Shown piece by piece: positions 63,401-64,000 of a stretch of DNA of 64,000 nt. The notes beneath the pieces are model-generated. The model was given only the letters and a program-made list of their open reading frames with translations, did no database searches and was not told where the DNA came from. Numbering within the stretch: position 1 is the stretch's first letter; the number at the start of each line of letters is the position of its first letter. The position numbers were made by a program, and so were the translations under genes. Source of the stretch: Thalia democratica (lineage: Eukaryota); assembly GCA_965202585.1 (NCBI GenBank), contig OZ241834.1:7502001-7566000 (forward strand), given 5' to 3'.

Positions 63401-63589
63401 ATTCAAATACTTCTCACACCTGTTGAATGGGAGCTTTCGAAGTTTGTGCTTCTTCGACCAGCCTGACGATCTGACTGAGCGCGGAGTCCTGCCCCACATG
63501 TGTAGCTTGCACCAGCAAACTCCCGTTCAAATTGATGGAACCGCCTATCACTCCGTCACCCGCCTTCTTCTGCACCGGCATGGATTCGC
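51472..63589 (-). CDS. ATP7: Copper-transporting P1B-type ATPase (ATP7A/B homolog), last 11 exons; the gene continues beyond the window
   Basis: Exons 63589-63420, 61821-61694, 60333-60150, 59330-59157, 58074-57949, 57562-57427, 56100-55913, 53321-53118, 52965-52745, 52463-52292 and 51603-51472 are all GT-AG and in phase. Motifs: GESMP, CPC, DKTGT, SEHPL, TGDN, GDGVND, YN (TM7), MAASS (TM8), C-terminal SLLL. Confidence 0.97.
51846..52065. repeat. Foldback inverted repeat (~97-bp arms, ~26-bp spacer) in the last ATP7 intron
   Basis: The left arm 51846-51942 (…CAATACAGTTCTACAACTTTGTTAAACCGGTATTTGGTAGCTTGAT) is the approximate reverse complement of 51969-52065 (ATCAAGTTACCAAATACCAG…AAAGTTATAGAAGTGTATTG…). 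Confidence 0.85.
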
Positions 63590-64000
63590 CTGCGGGTTGA
63601 ATTGTATTCGTATATTAATAATACATAAATCGTGATAGAAAAGTTTTTCGGATTAACTGCAAACTTTCCTGAAAAAGCTCAACTTTTGAGGTAAGTATGA
63701 AATGATTTTATGAAAAAAAGAAATGAGATTCTGTTCGTAAGGGCGGCTCTTAATACTTTGTTTTAAAATTTTTGTTAAGCTTTACTATAAACTAAGTAAC
63801 TCTTTAAACGATTATTAACGAACTATAAGTTATTTATACCTTGAGATATTTGAAGTTTTCATTCTTAAATTAAGTGTATTTATAAGGTATTTAATTTCAA
63901 CAAACCAGTAATGACGCTCTTAATAGTTTTCTAAGACTTGAGATAAGTGATTTTTAAAAATATTTTTCCTTAAATAAACTGTATACAAATCATACCAGTA

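Noticed and set aside
13179-63589. Non-canonical (non GT-AG) introns
   Set aside because: All 23 reconstructed introns are GT-AG.

Overview
This is AT-rich eukaryotic DNA from an invertebrate animal (a tunicate-like source is only my inference), in which GC-rich exons sit in introns of roughly 20% GC. Four protein-coding genes could be rebuilt on the minus strand, each with GT-AG junctions and consistent exon phases: a 6-exon sterol-desaturase/CH25H-like di-iron hydroxylase (13179-23426), a 6-exon CCDC42/CFAP73-family gene (31362-34491), a 2-exon DUF985/Cupin_5 protein with an N-terminal signal peptide (39036-43093), and the last 11 exons of a copper P1B-ATPase, ATP7 (51472-63589). Three disabled genes are also present: a coiled-coil+Kelch gene (4474-6697), a very divergent 14-3-3-like gene (46841-47520) and, converging on it, a USP/peptidase-C19 remnant (47937-48660). 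Mobile DNA includes a 5'-truncated Penelope-like retroelement with an open RT+GIY-YIG frame and a minimal hammerhead ribozyme whose stem I sequesters a 3' splice site, a 1.78-kb composite hAT unit bounded by a perfect 8-bp TSD, a 2.2-kb long-TIR (MULE-like) element, several hAT MITEs, a foldback, a minisatellite array and a two-hairpin dispersed repeat with a compensatory base change. I found no rRNA, tRNA or CRISPR array. All homology calls come from motif recognition by eye; no database search was run.
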